Both the position numbers and the translations under genes were made by a program. Positions 37,633 through 47,146 of a DNA stretch of 64,000 nt are shown here, piece by piece. The stretch is from Lentisphaeria bacterium (GTDB lineage Bacteria; Verrucomicrobiota; Lentisphaeria; JABSQK01; JAWLHB01). Location of the stretch: NCBI GenBank assembly GCA_041690595.1, contig JAWLHB010000044.1:1-64000 (forward strand), read 5' to 3'. The notes under the pieces were generated by a model, which was given only the letters and a program-made list of their open reading frames with translations, did not search any database and was not told where the DNA came from. Position 1 is the stretch's first letter. Each line of letters begins with the position of its first letter.

Positions 37633-39279
37633 ATGAACTCACGCAAGTACGTCATTATGGTCCTCCTGGCAATCCTGTTGTTGCCGACGCCAGGCGGCGC
37701 CGCTGCCGCGGACAACGAGGGCATCGCCATCTGGGGGCATTCGTTCCCGGCGGATATTACCCCCGAACGGCTGGCGGCCGGTCTGCGGACGGTGGGGGCG
37801 GAGCGCCCGGATCGACCGATCGTCAACCAGGCCATTGGCGGGTCGAAGTTCGACCTGTCCATGACGCGCCAGGGTGGTTACGAGTGGACCGTGGAAGTGG
37901 AGGGTGGTGCGATTCCGGCCAGTGGTCGGGTAAAGCTGATCAATCCGCGCGGCACTGCGATGGCAGCCCAGTTCAATGCCGGGCTGGATCCGATTGTCGC
38001 GAAGTACCTCCCGCCTGAGGGTGAAACGAAAGCGTTGGAGGTGACCTTCAATGCCGACACTCTGTTCAGGTTCGCCCTTGCCCCCGATCAAGGCGAGCGG
38101 CTCGCCGCGGCCATCTTCGAGGGCATCCGTTGGCCGGCGTTCTGGGCGGATGACGATCCGCGCGCCAGGATGCAAACCTGGGTCTCGATTCAGGGCGTGG
38201 TGGGACAGCTTGGCTTGGACAAGCCTGAAGACGGGGAGCCGGCGTTGTCTTTTCTGCGTCGGGAGGAAGGCGATGCCGTCAGGGTGGATGGGCAGGCGGA
38301 AGTGAAGATGCTGGCCGTTGGCCGTCAGATGCAGCACGATGTGACAACACTCAACCGCTGGCTCAAAATTCAATGGGCGCCAGGGCCGGAAAAGTTGAAA
38401 TGGCCAGAAATATATGGGCCGTCTGAGCAAAGGCAGCTCGAATGCGAGGCGAGCTTTGCCATCAACAAGCTTCGCATGATGGTTTTCGTGCAGTCCGCGC
38501 TGCGGTGCATGGGCGCCGCTGATAAGCGCCTGATCATGATAATTGGCTCGCAGGGGACCGCGGCGGCGTCGGATAATCGGCATGACGGGCATAGTGGTTG
38601 GATCGCTGCTGAAGTGGGGCGGCAATTCTACCGCGATAATTTCCCCGAATACTCGTTCGATTTCGTCGCCGCCTCGTTGACCGGTCTGGGGCCAGTGCCA
38701 CCGGCGAAGGAGTGGTTCGCGAAGGCGCATCCGGAGTTGTTGCGGGATCCGGACTGGGGCTGGGGGGCGGAATTACATGTCATTCCCGATGGCCGCTGGG
38801 CTGGCGGTAAGCATAGCGGCCGTGAGCGGGCCGCCGTCGCCGAACTGCGCCTCACCGGCAATGGCGGCGGCGGGGTGAAGGCAGCGGCGCGGGTGGCGAC
38901 GATCACGCCGGAGTCGACCCGCTGGGTCAAGACCGGGCTTTTGGTCGGCGTCGAGGCCGAGAAAGGGGTCGCGGTTCGGCTGACGATCCGCGAGGGCGGC
39001 CGGGGTTATGTGGTGGGGGATACGATCACCATCCCGCCGGGCGCGGTCGGCAATGCAGAGCCGATCAGCGGCGAGGTCACGGCCATCCGCGAGGAAACCA
39101 TCGGCACGGTTCGCCATCCGGACGGCACGGTGGATGTCGCGAACTCCTACAGCCAGTGGGATGTGGACAACGGCTACTGGCCGCGCTGTTTGCGGCGGGA
39201 TGCCGGACATTTCAGCGGTCCCGGCGCCGAGTACATCAGTCTCCTGCTGGCGGCGTTCATCAAGGAGAAAGGGTGGTGA
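37633..39279 (+). CDS. Secreted SGNH/GDSL-hydrolase-like protein with large insertions
   Basis: Signal peptide MNSRKYVIMVLLAILLL; block I IAIWGHSF, block II IVNQAIGGS, C-terminal RRDAGHF (DxxH). ORF extends upstream to 37495. Confidence 0.6.
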   Translation: MNSRKYVIMVLLAILLLPTPGGAAAADNEGIAIWGHSFPADITPERLAAGLRTVGAERPDRPIVNQAIGGSKFDLSMTRQGGYEWTVEVEGGAIPASGRVKLINPRGTAMAAQFNAGLDPIVAKYLPPEGETKALEVTFNADTLFRFALAPDQGERLAAAIFEGIRWPAFWADDDPRARMQTWVSIQGVVGQLGLDKPEDGEPALSFLRREEGDAVRVDGQAEVKMLAVGRQMQHDVTTLNRWLKIQWAPGPEKLKWPEIYGPSEQRQLECEASFAINKLRMMVFVQSALRCMGAADKRLIMIIGSQGTAAASDNRHDGHSGWIAAEVGRQFYRDNFPEYSFDFVAASLTGLGPVPPAKEWFAKAHPELLRDPDWGWGAELHVIPDGRWAGGKHSGRERAAVAELRLTGNGGGGVKAAARVATITPESTRWVKTGLLVGVEAEKGVAVRLTIREGGRGYVVGDTITIPPGAVGNAEPISGEVTAIREETIGTVRHPDGTVDVANSYSQWDVDNGYWPRCLRRDAGHFSGPGAEYISLLLAAFIKEKGW

Positions 39280-39374
39280 TTCCAATCGTCCACTGGAATG
39301 GGAAGAAGAATAGTCACACGGAAAGATGCGCTGTCAAGTTTGCTGGAATGACCAAAAACATAAAGGTGGCAAGG

Positions 39375-42300
39375 ATGCGGAAGAAGAGCTTGGTGTTGTG
39401 CGGCATTCTGGCTGGGGTACTTGGAATCGCTGGCCTGGCGCTGTCGTCGGGGGGTGGACGTGGTCCGGGTTCGGTGGCGGGAGGTGATAGCGCGCTGGCG
39501 GCCCAGGCCGCGCCGCCGGGGTTCCAACTGGCGGGCGCACGAAGTCGCGGAACGGTTCATCTGCGGGGGTTCGGGCGAGTGTCGGCGGCGGCCCGGCTAT
39601 GGACGGACGCGCGGGAGCGGCAGGCGGCTCTGGTGGCGTTCCAGACGCAGGATGCGTCATTGGCGAAAGTGCTGGCCTCCAAGTACGTGGCGGACATGCT
39701 GGCCTACGGCGCGGTGGTGCGGACGGATGCGCCGGCGGGCGCGGGCGGCACGGGCTTGTCGGTGCGGCACGGCGGGGAATGGCTGGTGGGAGTGGACGAT
39801 GACCGGGTCCTGGTGGCCTCGGCGCCGGACAAGGAGGCACTGGGCGCGGCGGCCGCCGGCTGGGGGGCGGCAAAGTGGCAGTCCGCGCCGGCTAACAGCC
39901 ACCCGCGCTGGCTGGACAATTTCGACAACTCCGCGCTCGGCATCTGGTGGATGTCCTCGACCAAACCCCGGGAGCAACTGGATTGGATGGAGGATTTTCC
40001 CGCGGTGGGTAACCTTCACAACCAACTGCTCTCCAACAATCCTGCCCCGGGCGTCTTCGACACCAGCGGCCCGGAGCACGCGATGACGCAACTTGAGGCG
40101 CTCGGCAAGCCCTACCGCCACATGCTGTGGATGGGGGGCCGCAACAGCGGCCAGTGGATGAAACCGGGTGAACTGCCGGGGCAACATTTCGAAACCGCAC
40201 CCGAGGCCTACACCGGCAGGCGTTTCTTCGAGGCCGGGGGTTACCAGAGCCAGCAGGGCAAGTCGCCGCTCGCCGACACCATGGCGAAAAGCGCGTTGAT
40301 CGAGATCATGCGCCGGCATGTGGACAACGACCAGCTACTGGCATGGATGGAGCCGCATGGAGAATTCCACCTCGACCATCTGGGCATGCTGCCAGGCCAC
40401 CAGTTCCGCTTCCCCGCCTGGCTGCAAGCTGAAAAGGGCTACGATCTGGCGGCGCTGGGCAGGGCGTGGGCAAGGCATCCGGAAGCCTTCAGGAATTGGT
40501 CCGAAGTCTCCTATGAAAGCCTCGACTATTTCAAGGGGCGGCGTGGAAGGGTCGTTGACCTTGACGACAAGGTTTGGCGTTGGCTTCCAGGCCCGCTTGA
40601 TGAAGGTGAGGGCTCCGGTTGGCACCTTCCCGACTTCGACGATGCCGGATGGGCATCCAATCCGCGTGATCACCGCCGCATGCTCAGCCAGTGGGACGAC
40701 AGTCGGGTTCATCCCCTGTGGTACCGATTCTCCCACGAGGTGCCGACGGAGTTCCTGGCCGATGGAAAGAAGATTTATCTGCACGTCATGCCAATGACCG
40801 AACATGTCGGCGGCGAGACCACCGTCTGGGTCAATGGCCAGGAGGTCGGGCGCAAGATTCGTGAAAACAGCCCGTGGACGAGACATGTCCAGATGGAAGC
40901 GACCGGGGCGTTGCGTCCCGGTTCCAACGACTTCGCGATTTACTCCAACGGCGGACGCATCGCCTACCGGGTCTGGTTAAGCGACACCCCGGGCGAAAGC
41001 TTTCCCTTCGCCGACGCCGGTTTGAACCAGCGTTTCCTCGATCAGCGGGAATTCTATATCGCTGAAAAACTGCGGACGCTGCGCGAGTTCCTGCGGGTCA
41101 TGCGGGCGGTGGATCCCAATCGCCCGATCAAAGTGATGACCCCGCATTTGTTCCAGGCGGAGGCGATGGAGCTGTTCGAGCGCTACGGCGCCTATCCGCA
41201 GCTCACTGGCCAAGGCGCCTTCTACCGTCCCATGCACTACAAGGGCTACAGCTCACTACGCCGCCTGCCGAGCTCTGGTGAGGGGGGAAGCCCTTTCCGC
41301 GATCCTCGTAGTAGCCAATACGGGTTCGCCACCATCTTCTGGGAGTCGCAGGACAAGCACGACTATGTATTTGACCTGAGCCGCGACCTCTGGTCGAAAC
41401 CGGAAAACATCGCCTGGTGGAATGAGAACAAGGCCTTGCTTGCCACTCTGGGCAAGACCGATTTCGCCGACTTCAAGCTGGGCGTCCTGCGCGACCTGCG
41501 CCAAACCGAGCTGTATGGCGGCGACCCCGGCGAGTCCATCTGGAACTGGGATTTGTCCCGCGGCCCCCTGCCGGCGCTGGGGCTGACCCCAGTTCTCGTG
41601 GACGGACTGGAGTTCGAGAAAGGGCTCGGGGATGCGCTGCCGGTAATCCTCGACTGTGCCACCACGGTCATGGCGCCGGCCATGGTCGACAGCGTCAAGC
41701 GCTACGTCGCCGAGGGCGGGATTTTCGTGACCCAGTTCCACACCGGGCGCCACACGCCGGTCGAACGCGACGCCTGGCCGCTGGCCTCGGCTTTTGGGCT
41801 GAAAATCGAGCCGAAGCTGGTCACCGCGGAAAACTTCCACCGCTGGCCGCTCGGCAAGCTGCGGTTCACGGCGGAGCAGACCCTGTTTCCCAGTCTACAG
41901 GGGCAGGGCGCCGAGGGCAGCGGTGTCTCTATCGACTGGCAGGACAACCACTACACCGGGGCGGTCGGCATCAGCGGCGACATCTCCAAGCTCACCCCCG
42001 TGGCCTATTGGGAGGACGAAAGCATGGCGATCGCCGAGGTCAACTACGGCGCCGGGCGGATCATCTTCGTCGGCACCCCCTTCCAGACCCGATTCCGGGA
42101 CGTGGGCGGCTTGTGGCTGAACGATGCGCAACGTCAGGCGTTGATCGAGGAGATGCTGCGCTCGCTGGGGGTCGAGCGCGAGACCGCGGTCGGCGATGAA
42201 CGTGTTTGGTTTGAGCGGCGCGAAAGCAAGAATGGCCTGTACGATGTCTATTTCGCCTGCGCCATGGGCTTCGACCGTAACAAATACTACGCGGGCGAGA

Positions 42301-43475
42301 TGGACGAGGCCATCGAAAGCGAATTGGTGGTGCGTGGCCTGACGGCTGCGGCGGTGGTGGCGGTGGAACCCACGGCCGAGGGCGCTCCCGACGTGGCGAT
42401 GGAAATGACCGCCGACGGCGCCAGCCTCGGCATGCAGGCGTTCGCGCCGTTCCAAGTCCGGCAGTTTGCCGTGCTGCGTCCGCATGTGGGCGTGGAGGGG
42501 CCGATGCATTGGCTCGAGGCGCAGTGGCGACACTGGCGCAAGCTGGAGCCGGTGCCCGCCTCGCTGGCCGACGACGTATTGGCCAAAGCAGACAGAATCG
42601 CCGCCGACTACGGGGAGGAAGGCATGGATTTGTCGGAGGAGTGGCGAGTGAAAGTCGGCCCCGCCATCGAGGCCGACGACACGACCTGGCTAGCCGAAGA
42701 TACCGCCGCCGACGGCTGGCGCGACGGCCTCGCCGGTCCGTCCTGGCTGGTACAAGGCTGGGACGCAAAACGCGTCCTCTACAGACGGAAACTCGAAATT
42801 CCGCATGACTGGCTTGGCGGTGGCTCGCGGGTCTTGCTGGGGCTTACCGCCTTTTGGCAACATGGCGTGCGACCGCGGGGAAAACTGTTCCTGAACGAAG
42901 TCCCGTCGGCAGACCTCGAGGGCTCGTTCTTGCTCGATATCACCCATGCCATCCGTCCCGACGGCACCTTGGAGGTTGGCTTTGACATAGGCGGCGGCGA
43001 ACATCCCGAACTGGGCATGACCGGCAACTTGCACCTGCGCCGCGTGCCCGCCCCAATGGCCACCGTCGACCTCGCCGGCGAATGGAACTTGCAGGAGAAC
43101 TGGGAACGCATGGGCGAACCGACTCAGGTTCCCTTCGAGAAGCGGCGGAAAATCTTCGGCCTGCGCCGCACGTTCACCGTTCCCGCCGACTGGGCCGGAT
43201 GTCCGGTGCGGCTGGTCATCGAGCATGAGCGCACGGGACCGCATAGCGCGGTTGGCGGCGTCATCATGAACGGCGACTACATGGCGTGCGACACATGGAC
43301 CCCCCTGGGGCCGCGCATCGACCGCTGGCTGCGCCCCGGCGAGGAGAACGAGATCGAGCTGTACGGTGGATTCCACATGCGGGGGGACAGCTTCGACACC
43401 CTCATCCGCGGCGTCCGCCTCGAAGCGTATCCCAAGGTCGAGGCTGAACCTTCCTATACGCAAACCGCGGAATAA
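39375..43475 (+). CDS. Secreted GH42-like glycoside hydrolase, paralogue 3
   Basis: MRKKSLVL signal; AWMEPHGEF; YRPMHYKGYS and RRESKNGLYDVYFA identical to paralogue 2. Confidence 0.7.
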   Translation: MRKKSLVLCGILAGVLGIAGLALSSGGGRGPGSVAGGDSALAAQAAPPGFQLAGARSRGTVHLRGFGRVSAAARLWTDARERQAALVAFQTQDASLAKVLASKYVADMLAYGAVVRTDAPAGAGGTGLSVRHGGEWLVGVDDDRVLVASAPDKEALGAAAAGWGAAKWQSAPANSHPRWLDNFDNSALGIWWMSSTKPREQLDWMEDFPAVGNLHNQLLSNNPAPGVFDTSGPEHAMTQLEALGKPYRHMLWMGGRNSGQWMKPGELPGQHFETAPEAYTGRRFFEAGGYQSQQGKSPLADTMAKSALIEIMRRHVDNDQLLAWMEPHGEFHLDHLGMLPGHQFRFPAWLQAEKGYDLAALGRAWARHPEAFRNWSEVSYESLDYFKGRRGRVVDLDDKVWRWLPGPLDEGEGSGWHLPDFDDAGWASNPRDHRRMLSQWDDSRVHPLWYRFSHEVPTEFLADGKKIYLHVMPMTEHVGGETTVWVNGQEVGRKIRENSPWTRHVQMEATGALRPGSNDFAIYSNGGRIAYRVWLSDTPGESFPFADAGLNQRFLDQREFYIAEKLRTLREFLRVMRAVDPNRPIKVMTPHLFQAEAMELFERYGAYPQLTGQGAFYRPMHYKGYSSLRRLPSSGEGGSPFRDPRSSQYGFATIFWESQDKHDYVFDLSRDLWSKPENIAWWNENKALLATLGKTDFADFKLGVLRDLRQTELYGGDPGESIWNWDLSRGPLPALGLTPVLVDGLEFEKGLGDALPVILDCATTVMAPAMVDSVKRYVAEGGIFVTQFHTGRHTPVERDAWPLASAFGLKIEPKLVTAENFHRWPLGKLRFTAEQTLFPSLQGQGAEGSGVSIDWQDNHYTGAVGISGDISKLTPVAYWEDESMAIAEVNYGAGRIIFVGTPFQTRFRDVGGLWLNDAQRQALIEEMLRSLGVERETAVGDERVWFERRESKNGLYDVYFACAMGFDRNKYYAGEMDEAIESELVVRGLTAAAVVAVEPTAEGAPDVAMEMTADGASLGMQAFAPFQVRQFAVLRPHVGVEGPMHWLEAQWRHWRKLEPVPASLADDVLAKADRIAADYGEEGMDLSEEWRVKVGPAIEADDTTWLAEDTAADGWRDGLAGPSWLVQGWDAKRVLYRRKLEIPHDWLGGGSRVLLGLTAFWQHGVRPRGKLFLNEVPSADLEGSFLLDITHAIRPDGTLEVGFDIGGGEHPELGMTGNLHLRRVPAPMATVDLAGEWNLQENWERMGEPTQVPFEKRRKIFGLRRTFTVPADWAGCPVRLVIEHERTGPHSAVGGVIMNGDYMACDTWTPLGPRIDRWLRPGEENEIELYGGFHMRGDSFDTLIRGVRLEAYPKVEAEPSYTQTAE

Positions 43476-43549
43476 GAGCGTGCACTAAGATTCAAGGATT
43501 TGGTTCAACCGAGATCGACGCGAAACCAGGAACAACAAGGGAGGATACC

Positions 43550-46500
43550 ATGATACGGGCAGGAACGGTGGCGATCGCAACGCGAGGATGCTTGGCCTTG
43601 GTGGTTTTGTGGCTTGGGATGCTCTGGGCGGCGGACGCCGCCGAGGCGCCCGCCACGGCTGAAATAGACGGGCAAAGCGGCCCGATCGATGTCCTGATTA
43701 TCGGGAGTTACAGCCCCGATCGGCGCGACTCCTGGTGGCCGCGACTGCAGCAGGACTGCGCCCGCCGGGCGGTGCGCCTGCACATCCTCGGTGAGGGAAT
43801 CCGCGCCGACTCCCTGGCGTTCGACCGCTTCGACGAGGCCTTCCTCAGGCAGTTTCACGTGGTCATCTTCAACGGCGTCCCTTCCGCCGAGAGCTATGTC
43901 GGCGAGGCGCCCGAGCGCGAGCAGGTCGCCGCCGCGTTTCGCGACCATCTCGATGGCTACTACAAGGCAGGCGGCAGCATTCTCTGGTGTCCGAGTGGAA
44001 GCGAAGATGGCGGCCACCACTGGAACGAGCTGATCGGCAAGCGCTATGATGCGCAAAGCTTCAACGAGAGCATTCACGATGCGTCCAAGACCGTCCTGGC
44101 CAATGCCCTCTTCGCGCGCCAGCTTAACCAGTATTACATCTGGACCTCCGCTATCGCCGAGCATCCGCTGACCGAGGGCGTGCGGGGACTGCTCCTGCCG
44201 CTGCGCGGCGATCACAACTGGCCGGGCACCGTCCCGATGCGCTATGGTCCCACTTGGACGGCGCTCGTGCGTGGCATGGAGTCGACGCGCACCTACGGCA
44301 GGCGCGGCGAACCCGGAAGCGGCCATGGCACCCATGGTTTCCGGGCCTCCGCCGCCGATTTCCAGCCTGAGACCGGCGGCGCCTATCAGGGGGCGCCGGA
44401 GATCGTGGGCGCTCGCGATACCATCGATGGCTCCGGCAGGATGCTCGTTCTGCCCTTTCATACAGCTTACACCTGGCTGAACTACGGCAACTGGGTCACC
44501 GGCGACGCCTTCATGCTCAAAGGCGCCGGCGGCCATCCCGGCGACGGCTTCCAACTGGTCATCAACGGCCTCAAATGGCTGGCGCGCCCGTCGCTTGCCG
44601 CCGGCATGGGCGGGTACGAGGCGCCGCCGGAAAGACGAGGCGCCGCCAGAGTGCCGCCCATCGACTGGAGCAAGGCGGAGTTCGCTGAAAACTCCTGGAG
44701 CGGCATGGGCACCTGGTGGAACGCCCGCCTGCAGGAAGACCATGTCATGAGCGAACTCGTCACCCCCGAGGCCCGCGATTTCAAGGGCATCATCGGCGCG
44801 CGCACCGCCTTGAGCAATGGGCGCGGCACTGTCGCCGACTACGTCGTGGAGGGGAAGCGACTGGGGCTCGCCTTCATCGTCTTCCTCGAAGACCTGACGG
44901 CTATCGACCCCAAAGGCTATGCCCGGCTCGTCGCCGATTGCAAAGCACTCTCCGACGATTCCTTCCGCGCGGTGCCCGGCTACATCTATCGCGATACGCT
45001 CGATGTGTTGTACTACCTGGTGGATGAGGAATTTCTGCCCGCCGAGGAGAACCTGACCGCGGACCGCCGCGTCAAGACACCCAACGTCCTCAATCTGTAC
45101 CGCGGCAGCGGCATCGCCGAACTCGGCAGGAAGCGGATCGATCCCTGGTACCTCCTCTCCTACAACAGCATCGCGCCGATCGTCTACGACGACGCCCGGC
45201 AGATCGACGAGGCGTTCGACGTCTATCTCTCCCTGCAGGGCCGCATGCATCCGCATCCGCCGGTGGCACTCACCATCGTTCGCGATCCGGCCACACTGGC
45301 CGCCACCGTGGAAAAGGCGCACCTCACGATTATCCGCGCCGAGCATCTGGAGCAGACGATGGGGCGGATCGCCTGGAAGAAGCTGTGGAACCCCAACCCC
45401 GTCTACATCAGCAGCGGGCCCACCATTCTCCGCTGGGGCATGCTCAATCCGATCGGTCATCCCTTCGGAATCGGCAAACAGCGCACCCGCTTCGCCCTTG
45501 AACTCGCCAGCGACAGTGGCATCGCCGAGGTGAAGATCCTCGAAGCGCGCAGTGGCCGCATCTTCCGCCACTTTCGCCCGGAAGGCGCCAAGAGCTTCTC
45601 CTGCACCATTGACGAGACCCACAAGGATCACTGGTACCTGGTGCCGGTCATCACCGACGTAAACGGGCGCCAGGCCATCGGTCCCACCTTGTTGACCTAC
45701 CAGGATGGCAACCGCATCCTCCCCTACGGCCAATTCGGCGACAATATCGACGCGGGCAATTCCGTGCGCGGCTACGACAAACAGCGCCGCAACCTCCTCG
45801 AATTCGCCGGCTGGACCGGCGGTCTGTGGACCAAGGGCAGGCTCACGGCGGGCAATCGGCCCGACACTCCAGGCGAAAGCCTCAGAATTCGCGCCTTCGA
45901 CGGCGGTGGCGTTGCCGGCTCGCACTGCAATGTCAGCCCCAAGGTCATCACCGCGACTGGTGAGGAGGAACCCAGGCACGAGGCGTACCGCTTCGAAAAC
46001 TGGCTCTTCTCCTTCGACTATGCCAGCGCCGACTACATCGGCGACTCCCACTACCTGCAAGACCAGCGACGCAAGCGTGACGGATTTCCCGGCAACTGGT
46101 GGTCGATCACCGAAGCGCCTGTCCCAACCGAGATCGCCGACATCACCGTGCGCACCACCGCCGTACGCGCCCGACACGATGCCCCAGTCTCGGCCAACAC
46201 ACGCGCCATCTCCGTCACGTTCAAGAAGGACTGCACCCCGCGGCGCATCGAGATCTGCAAGACATGGCGGTCGTTCGATTGGGGCGCAATGTTCGTGGCC
46301 GTCAAGGACACCCAGGGCACGCATGCCTGGCAGGACGACGGCAAGGAGAACCGCTTCCAGAAAAAAGGCCAACTGGGCCCCGGGGACTACATCTTCCCCG
46401 GAACCGATGCCGCCGGCGCGCCCGTTGTCATCAACCTGGGGCCGGAGATCTTGACCTACGAATACGCCAATCAACGCTTTTCCCTCTTTCTCGACGGCGA

Positions 46501-47146
46501 GGACCGTCAGGTCGAAGCCGGACAGACCATCGCCGCCAACATCGTCATTCTGAGCAAACCATGGAAAGGCCAGAACACCACACAATGGATCGACGACTAC
46601 ATTGCCGACTACGGGATCGGCGGTGGCACGCCGCGCTATGCCGCCAACGTGACGCAGGGCACGTTGCGCGGTAGCGATCATGCGATCCGCATCGGCGCCG
46701 CGATTGGCGGCGCGGCCATCGACGTCGCCAGGCGCCCGCTGCCCCACAACCTGCTCGTCCATGTCGATGGCATTCCCCCCAATGCCGTGGCCGGCCGCTA
46801 CGACACGGTCAGAAAGCAGCTCCTGATCCTGCCTGTCTTCGAACGGGTCGTCACCACCAGCGTCAACACCACACTCGGCGACACGGCGCTCTACGTCGGC
46901 GAACTCTTTCGCTGCGACAGCGAGGACGTGCTGCTCTCCTGTGTTCAGGATGGCCCCGACACGCTCCTGCTGGAGGTGCATAACCCCACCGTCAGTCCGC
47001 GAACCGTGACCCTTTCCGCGCTTCCCGGTTTTACGCCACTCGTCGGCCTTGACGAAACCATCGACGTGCCGCCGTTCGCCAGCGTCAAGCGCACGCTGGC
47101 CGCACAGGCGGGATCCCTGATAGAACGCGAATACGAAGGAGACTGA
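43550..47146 (+). CDS. Large secreted hypothetical protein with a degenerate PHP (CehA/McbA-like) domain
   Basis: GGGAGG RBS; signal peptide; GATase-like N-terminal region; FKGIIGARTALSNGRGTVADY...LGLAFIVFLED; VYISSGP. Confidence 0.6.
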   Translation: MIRAGTVAIATRGCLALVVLWLGMLWAADAAEAPATAEIDGQSGPIDVLIIGSYSPDRRDSWWPRLQQDCARRAVRLHILGEGIRADSLAFDRFDEAFLRQFHVVIFNGVPSAESYVGEAPEREQVAAAFRDHLDGYYKAGGSILWCPSGSEDGGHHWNELIGKRYDAQSFNESIHDASKTVLANALFARQLNQYYIWTSAIAEHPLTEGVRGLLLPLRGDHNWPGTVPMRYGPTWTALVRGMESTRTYGRRGEPGSGHGTHGFRASAADFQPETGGAYQGAPEIVGARDTIDGSGRMLVLPFHTAYTWLNYGNWVTGDAFMLKGAGGHPGDGFQLVINGLKWLARPSLAAGMGGYEAPPERRGAARVPPIDWSKAEFAENSWSGMGTWWNARLQEDHVMSELVTPEARDFKGIIGARTALSNGRGTVADYVVEGKRLGLAFIVFLEDLTAIDPKGYARLVADCKALSDDSFRAVPGYIYRDTLDVLYYLVDEEFLPAEENLTADRRVKTPNVLNLYRGSGIAELGRKRIDPWYLLSYNSIAPIVYDDARQIDEAFDVYLSLQGRMHPHPPVALTIVRDPATLAATVEKAHLTIIRAEHLEQTMGRIAWKKLWNPNPVYISSGPTILRWGMLNPIGHPFGIGKQRTRFALELASDSGIAEVKILEARSGRIFRHFRPEGAKSFSCTIDETHKDHWYLVPVITDVNGRQAIGPTLLTYQDGNRILPYGQFGDNIDAGNSVRGYDKQRRNLLEFAGWTGGLWTKGRLTAGNRPDTPGESLRIRAFDGGGVAGSHCNVSPKVITATGEEEPRHEAYRFENWLFSFDYASADYIGDSHYLQDQRRKRDGFPGNWWSITEAPVPTEIADITVRTTAVRARHDAPVSANTRAISVTFKKDCTPRRIEICKTWRSFDWGAMFVAVKDTQGTHAWQDDGKENRFQKKGQLGPGDYIFPGTDAAGAPVVINLGPEILTYEYANQRFSLFLDGEDRQVEAGQTIAANIVILSKPWKGQNTTQWIDDYIADYGIGGGTPRYAANVTQGTLRGSDHAIRIGAAIGGAAIDVARRPLPHNLLVHVDGIPPNAVAGRYDTVRKQLLILPVFERVVTTSVNTTLGDTALYVGELFRCDSEDVLLSCVQDGPDTLLLEVHNPTVSPRTVTLSALPGFTPLVGLDETIDVPPFASVKRTLAAQAGSLIEREYEGD

